The position numbers and the translations under genes are program-made. This document shows positions 1 to 13,091 of a stretch of 64,000 bases of DNA, in pieces. This stretch comes from Squalus acanthias (Eukaryota). Every line of letters starts with the position of its first letter. The stretch's first letter is position 1. The DNA lies in the NCBI GenBank assembly GCA_030390025.1, contig CM059431.1:156428001-156492000 (forward strand), written 5' to 3'. Under the pieces are notes generated by a model, which was given only the letters and a program-made list of their open reading frames with translations, ran no database searches and was not told the origin of the DNA.

Positions 1-1540
1 CAGAGCTACCCTTTCCTCCTTTTCCTTTCTGTCTATCCTTCGGAAATGACAAATACCCCTGAATATTCATTTCCCAGCCTTGGTCACCTTGCAACCACGT
101 CTCTGTAATGGCTATGAGATCATACCCATTTAGTTCTATTTGCGGCGTCAACTCATCTATCTTGTTAGGAATGCTGCGCGAATTCCGATAAAGAGCCTTT
201 AATTTTGGCTTTTTACCATGTTTCTATATTCTGACACTATTTTCTGGTGCCCGCTTAGGTCCGTAAGCTCTGTCTCCTACTGTCACACTCTTGTTAACAA
301 TAGTCCTATTGCTACCCTGCACTATTACCGTGTCCATTCTCTTTGAAGTTCTACGTTCCCCTTCACCTGAAATCCCCTCCCCCATCCCACTATTTAGTAT
401 CAAGCCCTATATACCGCCCTAGTTATTCGATTCGCCAGGACACTAGTCCCTGCATGGTTCAAGAGAAGCCTCTCCCAACGGAACAGCGCCCTTTTCCCCC
501 AGTACTGGTGCAAGTGCCCCATGAATCAAAACCCATTCTCCCACACCAATCTTTGAGCCATGCATTCATCTCTCTGATCTTATTGACCGCATGCCAATTT
601 GCTCGTGGCTCAGGTACCTTTGTGGTTCTGCTTTACAATTTGGCCCCTAGCTGCTCATAATCACTCAGCAGAACCTCTTTCTTTGTCCTACCTATGTCGC
701 TGTTAACTATGTGTACCACTACAACTGGTTCTTTCCCCTCCCACTCCACGTTCCTCTCCAGCCCCGAGGAGATGTCCTTAACCCTGGCACAGGGCAGGAA
801 ACACTGCCTCCGGGATTCATGCTTTCGGCTGCAGTGAACAGTATCTACATCCCCCGAAGTATACTGTCCCCTACCACGACGACATTCCTTTCACTCCCCC
901 AACACAGTGGCACAGTGGTTAGCACTGGTGCCTCACAGCGCCAGAGACCCGGGTTCGAATCTGACCTCGGGTGACTGTCTGTGTGGAGTTTGCACATTCT
1001 CCCCGTGTCTGCGTGGGTTTCCTCCGGGTGCTCCGGTTTCCTCCCACAGTCCAAAAATGTGTGGGTTAGGTTGATTTGGCTATGATAAATTGACCCTTAG
1101 TGTTAGGGGGGATTAAATATGTGGGGTTATGAGGATAGGATGGGATATGTTAGGGGGAATTAAATACGTGGGGTTACGGGGGTAGGGTGGGATATGTGTA
1201 CTGTGGGGATTAAAGCAGGGACAGGGTACTGGATTTGGATGATCAGCCATGATCGTATTGAATGGCGGAGCAGGCTCGACGGGCCGATTGGCCTACTCCT
1301 GCTCCTAGATTCTATGTTTCTAACTACAAAACCCCCTGCACCGCGGTGCTTTTGTCAGTTTTCTCACCCAACCTGCGTTCCCTGCTCTCGTCCACACAGG
1401 CTGCAAGGACCTCGTACCTGTTGGAGAAATGCAGGGGTTGAGACTCCTCCAATGCTACCTTCTGGATCCCCATACCTGCCTCACACGTAAAACGCCCTCC
1501 TGTTCCTGACCACGAACTAGATTTGAAGTATTTAACCTTT
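1..1540 (-). mobile_element. CR1-type LINE 5' part (ORF1 esterase region and start of ORF2 endonuclease), degenerate, interrupted by a SINE at ~900-1322
   Basis: Reverse strand of 1-180 translates to RSIPNKIDELTPQIELNGYDLIAITETWLQGDQGWEMNIQGY, paralleling ORF 13092..15008; VVVVGDSILRG (ORF 845..1054) matches the ORF1 GDS motif. Confidence 0.85.
900..1322 (+). mobile_element. HE1-like tRNA-derived V-SINE with CR1-type 3' tail
   Basis: Pol III A-box-like TGGCACAGTGG (908-918) and B-box GGTTCGAATC (952-961); V-domain-type GTGTGGAGTTTGCACATTCTCCCCGTGTCTGCGTGGGTTTCC; tail GATCAGCCATGAT..GAATGGCGGAGCAGGCTCGA shared with the CR1 3' end at ~15965-16050; near-identical copy at 26599. Confidence 0.88.
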
Positions 1541-1544
1541 GGTT

Positions 1545-1810
1545 CTTTTACTATCCAAATATCATCCGATCTCTGTCTTGAACATACTCAACGACTGAAC
1601 ATCCACAATCATCTGAGGAAGAGCATTCCAAAGGTTCACAACTGTTTGACTGGATAAATCGCTCCTGATCTCCTTCATAAATGGTAGAGCTCTTATTCAG
1701 ATACTGTGCCTTGTAGTATAGACTCCCAGCCAGGGGAAACATCCTCCCAGCATCTACTCTGTGAAGTCCTGTAAGAGCTTTACATATTTCACTGAGATAA
1801 TCTCTCATTT
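1545..1810 (-). mobile_element. CR1 ORF2 C-terminal fragment
   Basis: ORF 1551..1808 KALTGLHRVDAGRMFPLAG resembles KILTGLDRLDAEGMFPLAG of ORF 15148..15957. Confidence 0.75.
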
Positions 1811-1812
1811 TG

Positions 1813-3612
1813 TTGATTCCTTCCGGGATGTGGGCGTCGCTGGCAAGACCAGCATTTATTGCCCATCCATACTTGACGTTAAGACGGTGGTGGTGAGCAG
1901 CGTTCTTGAAACGCTGCCGTCCTTGCGGTGAAGGTACTGCCAGAGATATGTTAGGGAGGGATTTCCAGGATTTTGAACAGCGAAGAAATAGGAATGGCGA
2001 TACACTTCCAAGTCAGGATGATGTGTAAGTTGGACGGGAACTTGGAGATGATAGCATTCCTATGCGTCTGCTGCCTGCTAGATGGTAGAAGTCGCGGCTT
2101 TGGGAGGTGCTTCCGAAGAAGCCTTGGCGAGTTGCTGCAGTCCATCTTATAGAAGGTACACGATGCAGCCACGATATGTCGGTGGTGCAGTGCCTGAATG
2201 TTGAAGGTTTTTGATGGGGTGCCAATCAAGCACGATACTCTATCCTGGATGGTATAAAGCTTCTTGGTTGTTGTGGTAGCTGCACAAATCCAGGCAAGTG
2301 AAGAGTATTCCATCACACTCCTGACTTTTGCATTGCAGATGGTGGAAAGGCTTTGGTGGGTCAGGAGGTGAGACACTCGCCACAGCCTCTGACCTGCTCT
2401 TGTTGCCAAAGTATTTGTGTGGCTGGTCCAGTTACGTTTCTGGTCAATGGTGACCACAGGATGTTAATGGTGGGGGATTGAGCAGGTTATTGGTGAGTAA
2501 TTGTCGCTTGACAGCACTGTCGACGACACCATCCATCAATTTGCTAATTATTGAAATTAGACTGTTGGGGCGGTAATTGGCCTGATGGATTTGTCCTGCT
2601 TTTTCTGGACAGCAGAAACCTGGGCAGTTTTCCATATTGTCGGGTCGATGCCAGTGGTTTAGCTGTACTAGAACAGCTTGGCTAGAGATTCGGCTAGTTC
2701 TGAAGCACAAGTCCTCAGAACAACAGCTGGGATGTTGTAGGGGCCCATAGCCTTTATTGTATCAAGTGCACTCAGCCGCCTTTTGAGATCACGTGAAGTG
2801 AATCGAATTGACTGAAGACTGCTGTCTGTGATGGTGGGGACCTCGGGAGGATGCCGATATGGATCATCCACTCAGCACTTCTAGCTGAAGATGGTTGCAA
2901 ACGCTTCAGCCTTGGCTTTTGCACTTGCACGATTGGCTGCACCATGATTTATGATGGGTATATTCATGGAACCTCCTCCTTCCGTTAGTTGCTTAATTGT
3001 CCACCACCATTCACGATTCGATGCAATAGGTTTGCATAGCTTTGATTTGAACCGCTGTTTGTGGGATCGCTTAGCTCTGTTTATAACAAGCTGCTTCCGC
3101 TATGGAGCATGCATGTAGTCATGTGTTGCTGCTTCCCTAGGTTGGCACCTCATTTTTAGGTACGCCTGGTGCTGCTCCTGGCATGCTCTTCTGCAATCCT
3201 CATAGAACCAGGGTTCGTAAACTGGATTGAGGTAATGGTAGGGTGGGGAATATGCCGGGCCAGGAGGATACAGGTTGTGTTGGCATACATTTCTACTGCT
3301 CCTGCTGATAGCCCACAGATTCTTACGGATGCCCAGTTTTGACCTGCGAGATCTATTCTCAATCTATCCCATTTAGCACAGTCATAATGCCACACAGAAC
3401 GATAGAGAATAACTTTAGTGTGAAGACGGGACTTTGTCTCCACAAGGACTGTCAGGTGGTTACTTCTACCAATGCTGTCATTGAAAGATGCATCAGCGAC
3501 AGGTAGATTTGTGAGGACGAGGTCAAGTAGGTTTATCCCTCTTGTTGTTTCTCTCACCAACTGCCACAGGCCCAGTCTGGGAGCAATGCCCTTCGGGACT
3601 CGGCCAGCGAGT
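1813..3612 (-). mobile_element. Degenerate non-LTR retrotransposon of a second CR1/L2-group family (endonuclease end, RT pieces, 3' end)
   Basis: ORF pieces TRGINLLDLVLTN..SNHLTV, KAMGPYNIPAVVL, ANYRPNSLISIISKLMD, KVRSVMEYSSLAW; 3' end similar to the plus-strand copy at 33120-33502. Confidence 0.8.
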
Positions 3613-3614
3613 CC

Positions 3615-5740
3615 TTCAGAGATTCAAAGTGATTTAGTTAACTCCGAAAATAGGGTCTTACATCTAAACAAAACAAACTAGGTAGGTACGATGGGTAAGT
3701 TGGCTAAGGTAGATTGGGAAACTACGCTAAAATGTATGACAGTAGAAATGCAATGGTTGGCATTTAAAGAACTAATACATAATTTACATCAAATATACAT
3801 TCCTTAACGGCAAACCCAAGGAAAAGTGGTCCAACCGTGACTAAGTAGAGAAGTTAAAGATAGTATTAGATCAAAGGAAGAGGCTTATAATGTTGCCAAA
3901 AAGAGAAGTAACCCGGAGGATTGGGAGGATTTTAGAAATCAACAAAGGAGGACCAAGCATTTGTTAGAAAAGTGATAATAGAATATTTGAGTGAATTCGA
4001 GAGAGACATCAAGACAGACTGTAAATGCTTCTATAGGTATGTAAAAAGGAAAAGATTAGCGAAAGTAAATGTGGTTCCCTATACAGGCTAAGGCAGGATT
4101 ACATTATATTGGGGAATAAGGTAATGGCAGTGAAATTAAACAAATACCTGGTGTCTGTCTTCACGGAAGAAGACACAAAACATTTCCCGGAAATAGTGGA
4201 TAACAAAGGGCCTGGCCAGAATGAGGAAATGAAAAACATTATTCGTATTAAAAAGTAGAACTGTAGAAATTCACGGGACTGATAGCCGATAAATCCCCTG
4301 GACCTGATGTCCTACATTCTAGGGTTTTGAAAGTGGTGGCTGTAGAGATAGTGGATGCATTGGTTGTCATTTTCCAAAATACCATAGATTCTGGAACGGT
4401 TCTCGCGGATTGGAAGGTAGCAGATGTAACGCCACTATTTAAGAAAGGAGGGAGAGAGAAAACGGGGTCTACAGACCAGTTAGCCTGACAACAGTCGTAG
4501 GGAAAATGTTAGAATCTATTATTAAGAGCGTGGTAACAGGGCACTTAGAAAATAATAATAGAATTAGTCTGTCAACACGGAATTATGAAAGAGAGAAGCA
4601 AAATACAGCGGATTCAGGAAACTGAAATAAAAACAGAAAATGCTGAAAATACACAGCAGGTGAGGCAGCATCTCTAGAGAGAGAAACAGAGTTAAAGTTT
4701 CAGGTCGATGACCTTCTGACGAAGGTCATCGACCTGAATCGTTGTCTGTTTCTCTCTCTAGAGATGCTGCCTGACCTGCTGAGTATTCCCAGCTTTTTCT
4801 GTTTTTATTTATTTAAGATAAATCGTGTTTGATATATCTATTAGCGTTTATTGAGGTTCTAACTATCAGAATAGATAAGAGGGAACCAATGGATATGGTG
4901 TATTTGAATTTTCAGAAGGCATTAGATAATGTGCCACATATGAGGATATTAAACAAAATTAGGGCTCCTGGGATTGGAGCTAATATACTAGCATGGATTG
5001 AGAATTGGTTAACGGACAGAAAACAGTGTATAGGAATACACGGGTCATTTTGGGATTTGCAGGTTGTAACTAGTGGGCGACCGCAATGCTCAGTGCTTGG
5101 GCCTCAGCTATTCACAATCTACATCAATGATTTAGATGAGGGGATCAAATGTAATATATCCAAGTTTGCTGATGATACCAATCTGGGTGGGAATGTAACT
5201 TTTGAGGAGGATGCAAGGAGCCGTCAAGGGGATACAGACAGGCTAATTGAGTTGGCAAGAACATGGCAAATGTAATATAATGTGGAGAAATGTGACTTTA
5301 TCCACTTTGGTAGGAATAATAGAAAAGCAGTGTTTTTTATAAATGGTGAGAGATTGGGAAATGTTAGTGTTCAGAGGGACCTAGATGTCCTTGTACAAGA
5401 ATCACTGAAAGTTAACATGCAGGTACTGCAAGCAATTAGGAAAAAAATGTCATGTTGGTCTTTATTAAAAGAGGATATGAGTATAAGATTAAAAAGGTCT
5501 TACTGCAATTATATAGGGTCCTGGTGAGACTACACCTGGAATATTGTGTATAGTTTTGTTCTCCTTATCTAAGGAAGGATATACTTGCCACAGAGGGAGT
5601 GTAAGGAAGGTTTAGCAGACTGGTTCCTGGGATGGGGGATTGTCCTATGGGGGGAGATTGAGTAGCCTAGGCATATATTCCCTAGAGTTTAGAAGAATGA
5701 GAGATGATCTCATTGAAACATACACAATCCTTACAGGGAA
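3615..5740 (+). mobile_element. Degenerate CR1 ORF2 fragment (RT region), interrupted at ~4596-4810
   Basis: ORFs 4829..5275 (VYLNFQKALDNVPH, SVLGPQLFTIYINDL, KFADDT) and 5282..5527; colinear with 13.8-15.7 kb. Confidence 0.9.
4596..4810. mobile_element. Penelope-derived foldback (inverted terminal sequence) mini-element with hammerhead-like core
   Basis: Perfect 18-bp stem 4699-4716/4721-4738 with TGAC loop; outer arms 4625-4690/4745-4810; arms match both termini of the Penelope element at 35025-36496. Confidence 0.8.
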
Positions 5741-5744
5741 TTAA

Positions 5745-8700
5745 GCGGGTCAGAGAGCCTGGGATATTGGGCATTAAGTGCATCAGAGAAACATGGATAT
5801 TTAGCCTTTAGAGGATCTGAGATCCCTCAACTTTCAGCCTGTGGAAATTTAGAGTACCTGAGCTATTGCGCCGGAAAATGATCAGCGTACACTGATGTAT
5901 ACAGAGGGACAGACTAACATGGCTGTAGGGCGTGTACATGATTTAGAATAACTGCGTTACTGATTCTGTACAAGGTCAGAATACCTGGGCTATTGAATCG
6001 ACGGAGGGTCAGAGTACCATGAGCTAATGAATCTGTAGATGGCCAAAGTACCCTGAACTATGTAGATTGTTGGTATAAACTGGGCTTATGAGTCTGTATA
6101 GGGTCAGTATTCCTGGGCTATTGAGACAGCAGATGTTCAGAGTATCCTGAGCTATTGGTCTTCTAGATGGTCAGAATTATATGGTCTACTGGGTCTTCAG
6201 ACGGCCCGATTAACTTGGGCTATACAGAAGTTTCCTCAGGTACTGAACTTATAGAACGTCGGATTATCTCAACAATTGGGCATGTAAAGGATCAGAGTAC
6301 CTTACCTATATAGCAGCACAGTGTATGATGATTCTTTAGGACTTTACAATGTCAAATTACACTGGGATGAGGGCCTATCGTGTGTCAGAGCACCCTGGGC
6401 TATTGGGAGGTTAAAAGTAAACTGCGCTTTTGGCCCTATTGAGGGTCAGATTACCCTGGAAATTTCAGAGGGCATAAGTACGTTGGGCTATGAAGAGGGT
6501 CACATATCGTGGGGTATTTGGCAGAGAGGGTCAGATTATCCTGGGCTTTGCGGCCTTTAGAGGATCACAGTACCATGGGCTATTGGAACTATAGAGGGAC
6601 AGTGATCCCTGACAATAAGAGAGTGAGAGTACAGGGGGGTATTTGGCCAGAAGAGGAACAGAGTATTCTGGGCTTTGGGTCCTTTAGAGGATCACAGGAC
6701 CATGGGCTATTGGTATTTTAGAGGGTCAGTGAGCTCTGGTAATAGGAGAGACAGAGTACCTGTGCTATTGGCCCTGTAGAGGGTCAGATTATCCTAGGCT
6801 ATTGGACATGTAAGGGGTCAGTATGCCCTGGCATATTAGGTCTGTCGAAGGTCAGAGCATCATGGTCTATAGGGCCAGTTTAGCATCAGAGTAAACTGAT
6901 CTATTTGGCCTGTGAAATGTCAGGGTACCCGGTACTTTTTGAGGAAGCAGAGATGCAGAGTTCTCTGGGCAATTTGGGCTATAAAGGGTCAGAGTAACGT
7001 GACGATTTGGGTCGGCAGATGGTCAGCGTAAACTGGCCTACATAGAGTATTAGAGTACCCTTGACTATACAGACTGTTAGAGTACCTTTTGGCTACACAG
7101 AGTGTTAGAGTACACTGGACTACACAGAGTGTTAGAGTACCCTGGGCTACACAGTGTGTCAGAGTACCCTTGGCTACACAGAGTGTCAGAGTACCCTGGA
7201 CTACACAAACTGTCAGAGTACCCTGTGCTACACAGAGTGTCAGAGTATGCTTGGCTACACAGAGTGTCAGAGTACCCTGGGCTACACAGAGTATCAGAGA
7301 ACCCTGGACTACACAGAGTGTTAGAGTACCCTGGACTACACAGAGTGTCAGATTAACCTGGACTACACAAAGTGGCAGAGTACCCTTGGCTACACAGAGT
7401 GTCAGAGAACCCTTGGCGACACAGAGTGTCGGAGTACCCTGGAATACGCAGAGTGTTAGAGTACCCTGGGCTACACAGAGTGTCAGAGCACCCTTGGCTA
7501 AACAGAGTGTCAGAGTACCCTTGGCTACACAGAGTGTCAGAGAACCCTTGGCTACACAGAGTGTCAAAGTAACCTGGACTACACAGAGTTTTAGAGTACC
7601 CTGGACTTAACAGAGTGTCTGCGTAGCCTGGACTACACAGAGTGTCAGAGTACCCTGGGCTACACAGAGTGTCAGAGTACCCAGGACTACACAGATTGTC
7701 AGAGAAGCCTGGACTACACAGAGTGTTAGAGTACCCTGGGCTATGTATCCTGTAGACGGTAAGAGTACCGAGGTCTTTGGGCATGCAGAGCATAAGATTA
7801 TCCAGTGTAATGCGGAGAATCAGAGTAACATATGCTATGCAGATGGACAGAGTAACCTGCGATATTGGGAGGACTATATTATCCTGGGCTCTATAGAACG
7901 TCAGAGTATCATGGGATATTAGGCCTCTCAGAGCACAGATTACCCTGGTCTGTTGGGCCTGCAGAGAGTAGGTATCCCCTAGGCCATTCAGGGACTCAGA
8001 GTATCCTGGGCTATAAAGAGGTTCATTGTTATCCATGGCTATTTAGGCCTCTGGAAGATAAGAATACCCTGGGCTATTGGGCCATCAGAGGTACAGATTA
8101 CCCAGGGCTATTGGCCTGCAGAGGCAAAGTACTCTCAGTTTCAATCCTGGAGAGGTTCAGAGTAGCTGAACCATTGGGCGTGTAAAATGTCAGAGTACCT
8201 TTGCTATAAAGTGGTTCGGAGTACTGCGTGTCTTTGGAGTATGCGTGTCAGAAAACCATGGGCTGTTCAGAGGGATAAATTACCCTGGGTTAGTGGGTCT
8301 GTATAGGTTCAGGGTACCCGGGACACGTAAGCAAGTAGAGGGTTAGATTATTTTGGTCAATTTGGCCTATAAAGGGTCAATGCACCTTAGTGAATTGGGC
8401 CTGCAGAGGATCAGAGTACCCTAATGTACACAGAGTGTCAGAATTGTCTGGGCTATTGCCCTGCAGTGGGACAAAGAACACTCAGATATTGATCCTGCAG
8501 AGGGACAGAGCAGCTGGGCTATTCGGCGTGTAAAGTGTCACCGTACCCTGGGCTATAAAGAGGTTCAGTGTTCCCCGGGATATTGGGTTATTCAGAGTGT
8601 CAGAATACTATAGCCTGTTCAGAGTGTTATAGTAACCTGGGCAAGTGATCTGTAGAGGGTCAGATTACCCTGAGATATTGGTTATGTCAGTGGAGTGTCA

Positions 8701-8760
8701 GAGGAACCGGGGTGATTGAGCAGGTAGAGGGTCAGAGTAGCGTGGGCAAATGTGCCTAAA
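5745..8760. repeat. Degenerate tandem repeat, ~27-34-bp units built on CAGAGTACCCTGGGCTA
   Basis: Recurrent GGGTCAGAGTACCCTGGGCTATTGGGCCTGTAGA-like units throughout. Confidence 0.85.
7036..7742. repeat. Homogeneous 27-bp minisatellite core (CAGAGTACCCTGGGCTACACAGAGTGT)n
   Basis: About 26 consecutive 27-bp units; gives 9-aa periodic ORFs on both strands. Confidence 0.92.
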
Positions 8761-10597
8761 AGTTAAATATAGTATTAGATCAAAGGAAGAGGCATATAAA
8801 GGTGCCAAAAAGACTAGCAATCCTGAGGATTGGGAGGATTTTAAAATTCAGCAAAGGAGGACCTAAAATTTGATAAAGAAAGGGAAAATAGAATATGATA
8901 GTAAACTAGCGAGAGACATAAAAACAGACTGTATAAAGCATCTCTAGGTATGTAAAAACAAAAAGATTAGCGAAAGTAAATGCGGGTCCTTTACAGGATG
9001 AGACAGAAGAAATTATAATGTGGAATAAGGATTTGTCAGAGAAATTAAACAAATAATGTGTGTCTGTCTTCACGGAAGAAGATGCAAAAAACTTCCCGGA
9101 AATAGTGGATTACCAAGGGTCTAGCGAGAATGAGGAAATGAAAGATATTAGTATTAGTAAAAAGTAGTACTGGAGAAATTAATAGGACTGAAAGCCGGTA
9201 AATGCCCTGGACCTGATGGCCTACAACCTAGGGATTAGAAAGAGTTGGCTATAGAGATAGTATTTGCATTGGTTGCCATTTTCCAAAATTCCCTAGATTC
9301 CAGAACGTTTTCCGTGGATTGGAAGGTATCAAATGTAACCCCACTATTTAAGAAAGGAGGAGGAGAGAAAACGGGGAACTGCAGACCAGTTAGCTTGATA
9401 TCAGAAGTAGGGAAAATGCTCGAATCTATTATTATGGACGTGGTAACAGGGAACTTAGAAAATAATAATAGGATTGATCAGCGTCAACACGGATTTATGA
9501 AAGGGAAATCTGTTGGGTTTCTTTGAGGTTGTACATAACAGAATAGATAAGGGGGAACCAGTGGATGTGGTGGACTTGGATTTTCAGAAGGCATTCGATA
9601 AGGTGCCACACAAGAGGTTATTAAACAAAGTTAGAGGTCATGGGATTGGGGTTAAATTACAAGCATGGATTGAGGATGGATAACAGGTAGAAAACAGAGA
9701 GTAGGAATAACCGGGTCATTTTCAGGTTGGCAGGCTGTAACCAGTGCGTTACCGCTAGGATCAGTGCTTGGGACTCAGATATTCACAATCTACATCAATG
9801 ATATGCATGAGCGGACCAAATGTAATATATTCCTGTTTGCTGATGATTCAAAGCTGGTTGGCAATGTAAGTTGTGAGGAGGATGCAAGGAGGTTTCAATG
9901 GGATATGCACAGTTTTGTTGAGTGGGCAAAAAAATCGCAAATGGAATAGAATGTGGAGGAATGTGAAGTTATCCACTTTGATCGGAAAAATAAAAAAGCT
10001 GAGGACTTTTTTAAGGGTGAGCGATTAGGAAATGTTGGTTTTCAGAGGGACCTGGGTGTCCTTGTACACGAATCACTGAAAGTTAACATGCAGGAAAAAC
10101 AAGCAAGTAGGAAAGCAAATGGTATGTTGGCCGTTATTAGAAGAGGATTTTAGTATAAAAGTAAAGACGTCTTACTGCTATTATATAGGGCCCTGGTGAG
10201 ACCTCACCTATGAGAACAGTTTTTTCTCCTTACGTAAGAAGGATATACTTGCCATATAGGGAGAGCAATGACGGTTCACCAGACTGGTTCCTGGAATGAG
10301 GGGATTGTCCTATGCGGGCAGTTTGAGCAGGCTAGGCCTATATTCTCTAGAATTAAGAAGAATGAAAGGTGATCTCATTGAAACATACACAATTCTTACA
10401 GGGCTTCAGGGGGTAGGTGAAGCGTGGATATTTCCCATGGCTGGGGAGACCAGAACCAGGGGTCAGAATCTCAGAATAAGGGGACGGCCATTTAGGACTG
10501 AGATGAGGAGAATTTTCATCACTCAGAGGTTGGACAAGCTTTGGAAGGGCTAAATGGCCTAACCCTGCTCCTATTTATTATGTTCTTATGTTCTTAT
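8761..10597 (+). mobile_element. 5'-truncated degenerate CR1 inserted in the tandem repeat
   Basis: ORFs 9245..9526, 9764..9949, 9953..10153 and 10296..10553 are RT/C-terminal pieces; ends in TATGTTCTTATGTTCTTAT tail. Confidence 0.9.
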
Positions 10598-11365
10598 AAC
10601 GGGTCACTGTACACTGGTATATTTTGCATGAAGAGGGTCAGAGTCTAGTGGGCAATACAGAGTGCCTGATCAGAAAGTCCTTTTTGGCCTGTAGAGGGCC
10701 AGTCAATATAGGCTATTGGGCATGCAGAGGGTCAGATTACCCTGGGTTATGCCGAGGTTCAGAATAATTTGGGATATACAGCGGGTAAGATTACAATGGT
10801 TTATTGGGCCTGTGGTGGACCAGATCACCCTGGTCCATAAAGTGTGTCAGGTTAAGCTGGGCTATTGAATCTTTAGATGGACAGCGTACGCTGGTCTTAA
10901 GGCCTGCAGAGTGTAAGTGTACACTGGGTTATGCAGAGGTTCAGTGTATCCTGGGCTATAGGGCCTGTAGCGGTTCAGCATACCCTCAGGTATTGAGCCT
11001 GCAGCGGATCTGAGTAGCTGTGCGAATGTGTGTCTAAATTTTCCGAGTACCCAGGACTGAAAAGATAGACAGAGTACCCTGGGCTTTGGGGTATGCAGAA
11101 TTTCCGAGTAACCAAGGCTATTGGGCTCTGCAGAGGTTCAGATTATCCGCAGCTATGGTGTAATGCAGTGGGTCATATTAACTTGGGCTATGGTCCAGCA
11201 GTGGGTCAGAGTATCCTGGGCTATTGGGCCTGTACATCGTCATTCCTGCCTGGTATTTTGGGATAATCAGACAGTTTGACTACCCTGGAATATGAAGCTG
11301 TCGAAGATCAGAGTACCCAGGTCTATTGAGAGAGTCAGAGCCCCCTGGGATATGCAGCTTTAGCT
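10598..11365. repeat. Continuation of the CAGAGTACCCTGGGCTA tandem repeat
   Basis: Same units resume immediately after the CR1 tail. Confidence 0.8.
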
Positions 11366-11774
11366 GGGAGCCAGGTGATTGGTGCGGCGAAGTTACTAAG
11401 AACATCCCTTTTGTACCGGATTATCAATGAGCCAGGCCTCTCACTACCAATCACTATCTTCTAGCTCTTGCTTACAAATTTAGATGAATGACTTTCATTC
11501 TGGAATCTATCGTCTGAAATTTGCTCTCACTCGCGATAACAGCATGATATACATGCTATGCAGGCTCACACTAAAAACACTATGCAGAGGGCTCGCATGA
11601 TGTTCTGCATCAGTTGGATCAGGGCCATTTCGTGACAGACTGACAATTTGACTGGCGCCGAAAAAATACATAAAGGTGCATATATGTACATTTAGGCCCG
11701 CTGTTGGCGAGTATCTATCATTCCAGATATGGGGCACAATTTCGAGGCTGAAAATCCAGTGCGGGATTGTAGCT

Positions 11775-11935
11775 GTGCTGTCCAGGACACGGGGAACTTC
11801 CCTGCTCTCTTTTGAAATAGTGCCATGGGAACTTTAACATCTACATGAGCGGGAAGGCAGGACTTCGGTTTAACGTCTTATCCGGAAAACGGCACCCCTG
11901 ACAGTACTGCAGTCCGTCAGTACTGCATTTTAATG
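11775..11935 (-). mobile_element. DeuSINE (SacSINE1/AmnSINE-like) core fragment
   Basis: Reverse complement is similar to 45975-46125 (GGATGAGACGTTAAAC..TATTTCGAAGAAGAGCAGGGAAGTT). Confidence 0.65.
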
Positions 11936-12096
11936 TAAGCAAATAGCTCCAATTTTCCACAATAAGACCGAAGAGAACTCAACTCTAAGTCATGTATACC
12001 ATCGAACTCACAGTCGTGCCAAAATGAGTTTATTTACACTTTTCATTTGTGCTGGGCTGTCCAGCACTCAGTCATGAGTGAGCATATTCTGAACAT

Positions 12097-13017
12097 GCTC
12101 CTCCTGTAACATGTGGGAAATCAGGGACGCTTCCTGTATCCCTGACAACCATGTGTGCGGGAAGTGTGTCCAGCTGCAGCTCATGTGGGACCGCATGACG
12201 GCCCTTGAGCTGCGGATGGACTCACTTTGGAGCATCCACGATTCTGAGAGGGTTGTGGATAGCACATTTAGTGAGTTGGTCACACCGCAGGTTAAGGCCA
12301 GCGTAGATAGTACATGGGTGACCAAAAGGCAGAGCAAGGGCAGGAAGGTAGTGCAGAAATCCCCTGGGGTTGTCTCCCTTAGCAACAGGTTCACCGCCTT
12401 AGGTGCTGTTGTCGGGGGGGATGACTCATCGGGAGAAGGCACCAGCAGCCAGGCTCATGGCACCATGACTGGCTCTGTTGCAAAGAAGGGAGGGAAAAAG
12501 AGTGGCAGGGCTATAGTAATAGGGGATTCGATTGTAAGGGGAATAGATAGGGGTTTCTGTGGTTGCGACCGAGACTCCAGGATGGTATGTTGCCTCCCTG
12601 GTGCAAGGGTCAAGGATGTCTCGGCGCGGGTGCAGAACATTCTGGAGGGGGATGGGGAACAGCCAGTTGTCGTGATACATGTTGGTATCAACGACGTAGC
12701 TAAAAAAAAGGGAAGAGGTCCTACAAGTAGAATTTAGGGAGTTAGGAGCCAAGCTAAAAAGTAGGACCTCGAAGGTAGTAATCTCTGGATTACCACCAGT
12801 GCCACGTGCTAGTAAGAGTACAGAGAACAGGATAGTTAGGCTAAATACGTGGCTTGAGCAGTGGTGTAAGAGGGAGGGTTTTAATTTTTTGAGGCATTGG
12901 AACCAGTTTTGTGGTAGGTGTGACCTATACAAAATGGACGGTCTACACCTGTGCAAAGATGGAACTGATGTTCTCGGGGTAATTTTTAATAAAGCAGTTC
13001 GGGAGCATTTAAACTAG
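12097..13017 (+). pseudogene. CR1 ORF1: CxxC..CxxC zinc-finger/leucine-zipper region plus SGNH/GDSL-like esterase; frameshift at A-run 12702-12709
   Basis: CSSC..CGKC, LQLMWDRMTALELRMDSL, AIVIGDSIVRG, CCLPGARVKD, IHVGIND, DGLHL split over ORFs 12111..12737 and 12799..13017. Confidence 0.85.
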
Positions 13018-13091
13018 TATGGCAGGGGGCTAGAAACCTATGTAGTGAAACAGAGGAAAGTGAAAGGCGGACAGAAATAAATGGTAAAAGG

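Noticed and set aside
900..975. tRNA gene
   Set aside because: A/B boxes continue directly into SINE body and LINE tail; it is a tRNA-derived SINE head (also 26599 and 45866)
7036..7742. CRISPR-like regular repeats
   Set aside because: Head-to-tail units with no unique spacers, no cas genes, vertebrate context; same for the 29-bp and 40-bp arrays
6989..8036. Periodic ORFs (TLTLCVAQG)n, (TQSVRVPWA)n
   Set aside because: Artefact of a stop-free 27-bp unit open in several frames on both strands
3860..10400. Segmental duplication of the two plus-strand CR1 fragments flanking the minisatellite
   Set aside because: Similarity is explained by common family membership; they have different ends and only one has the foldback insert
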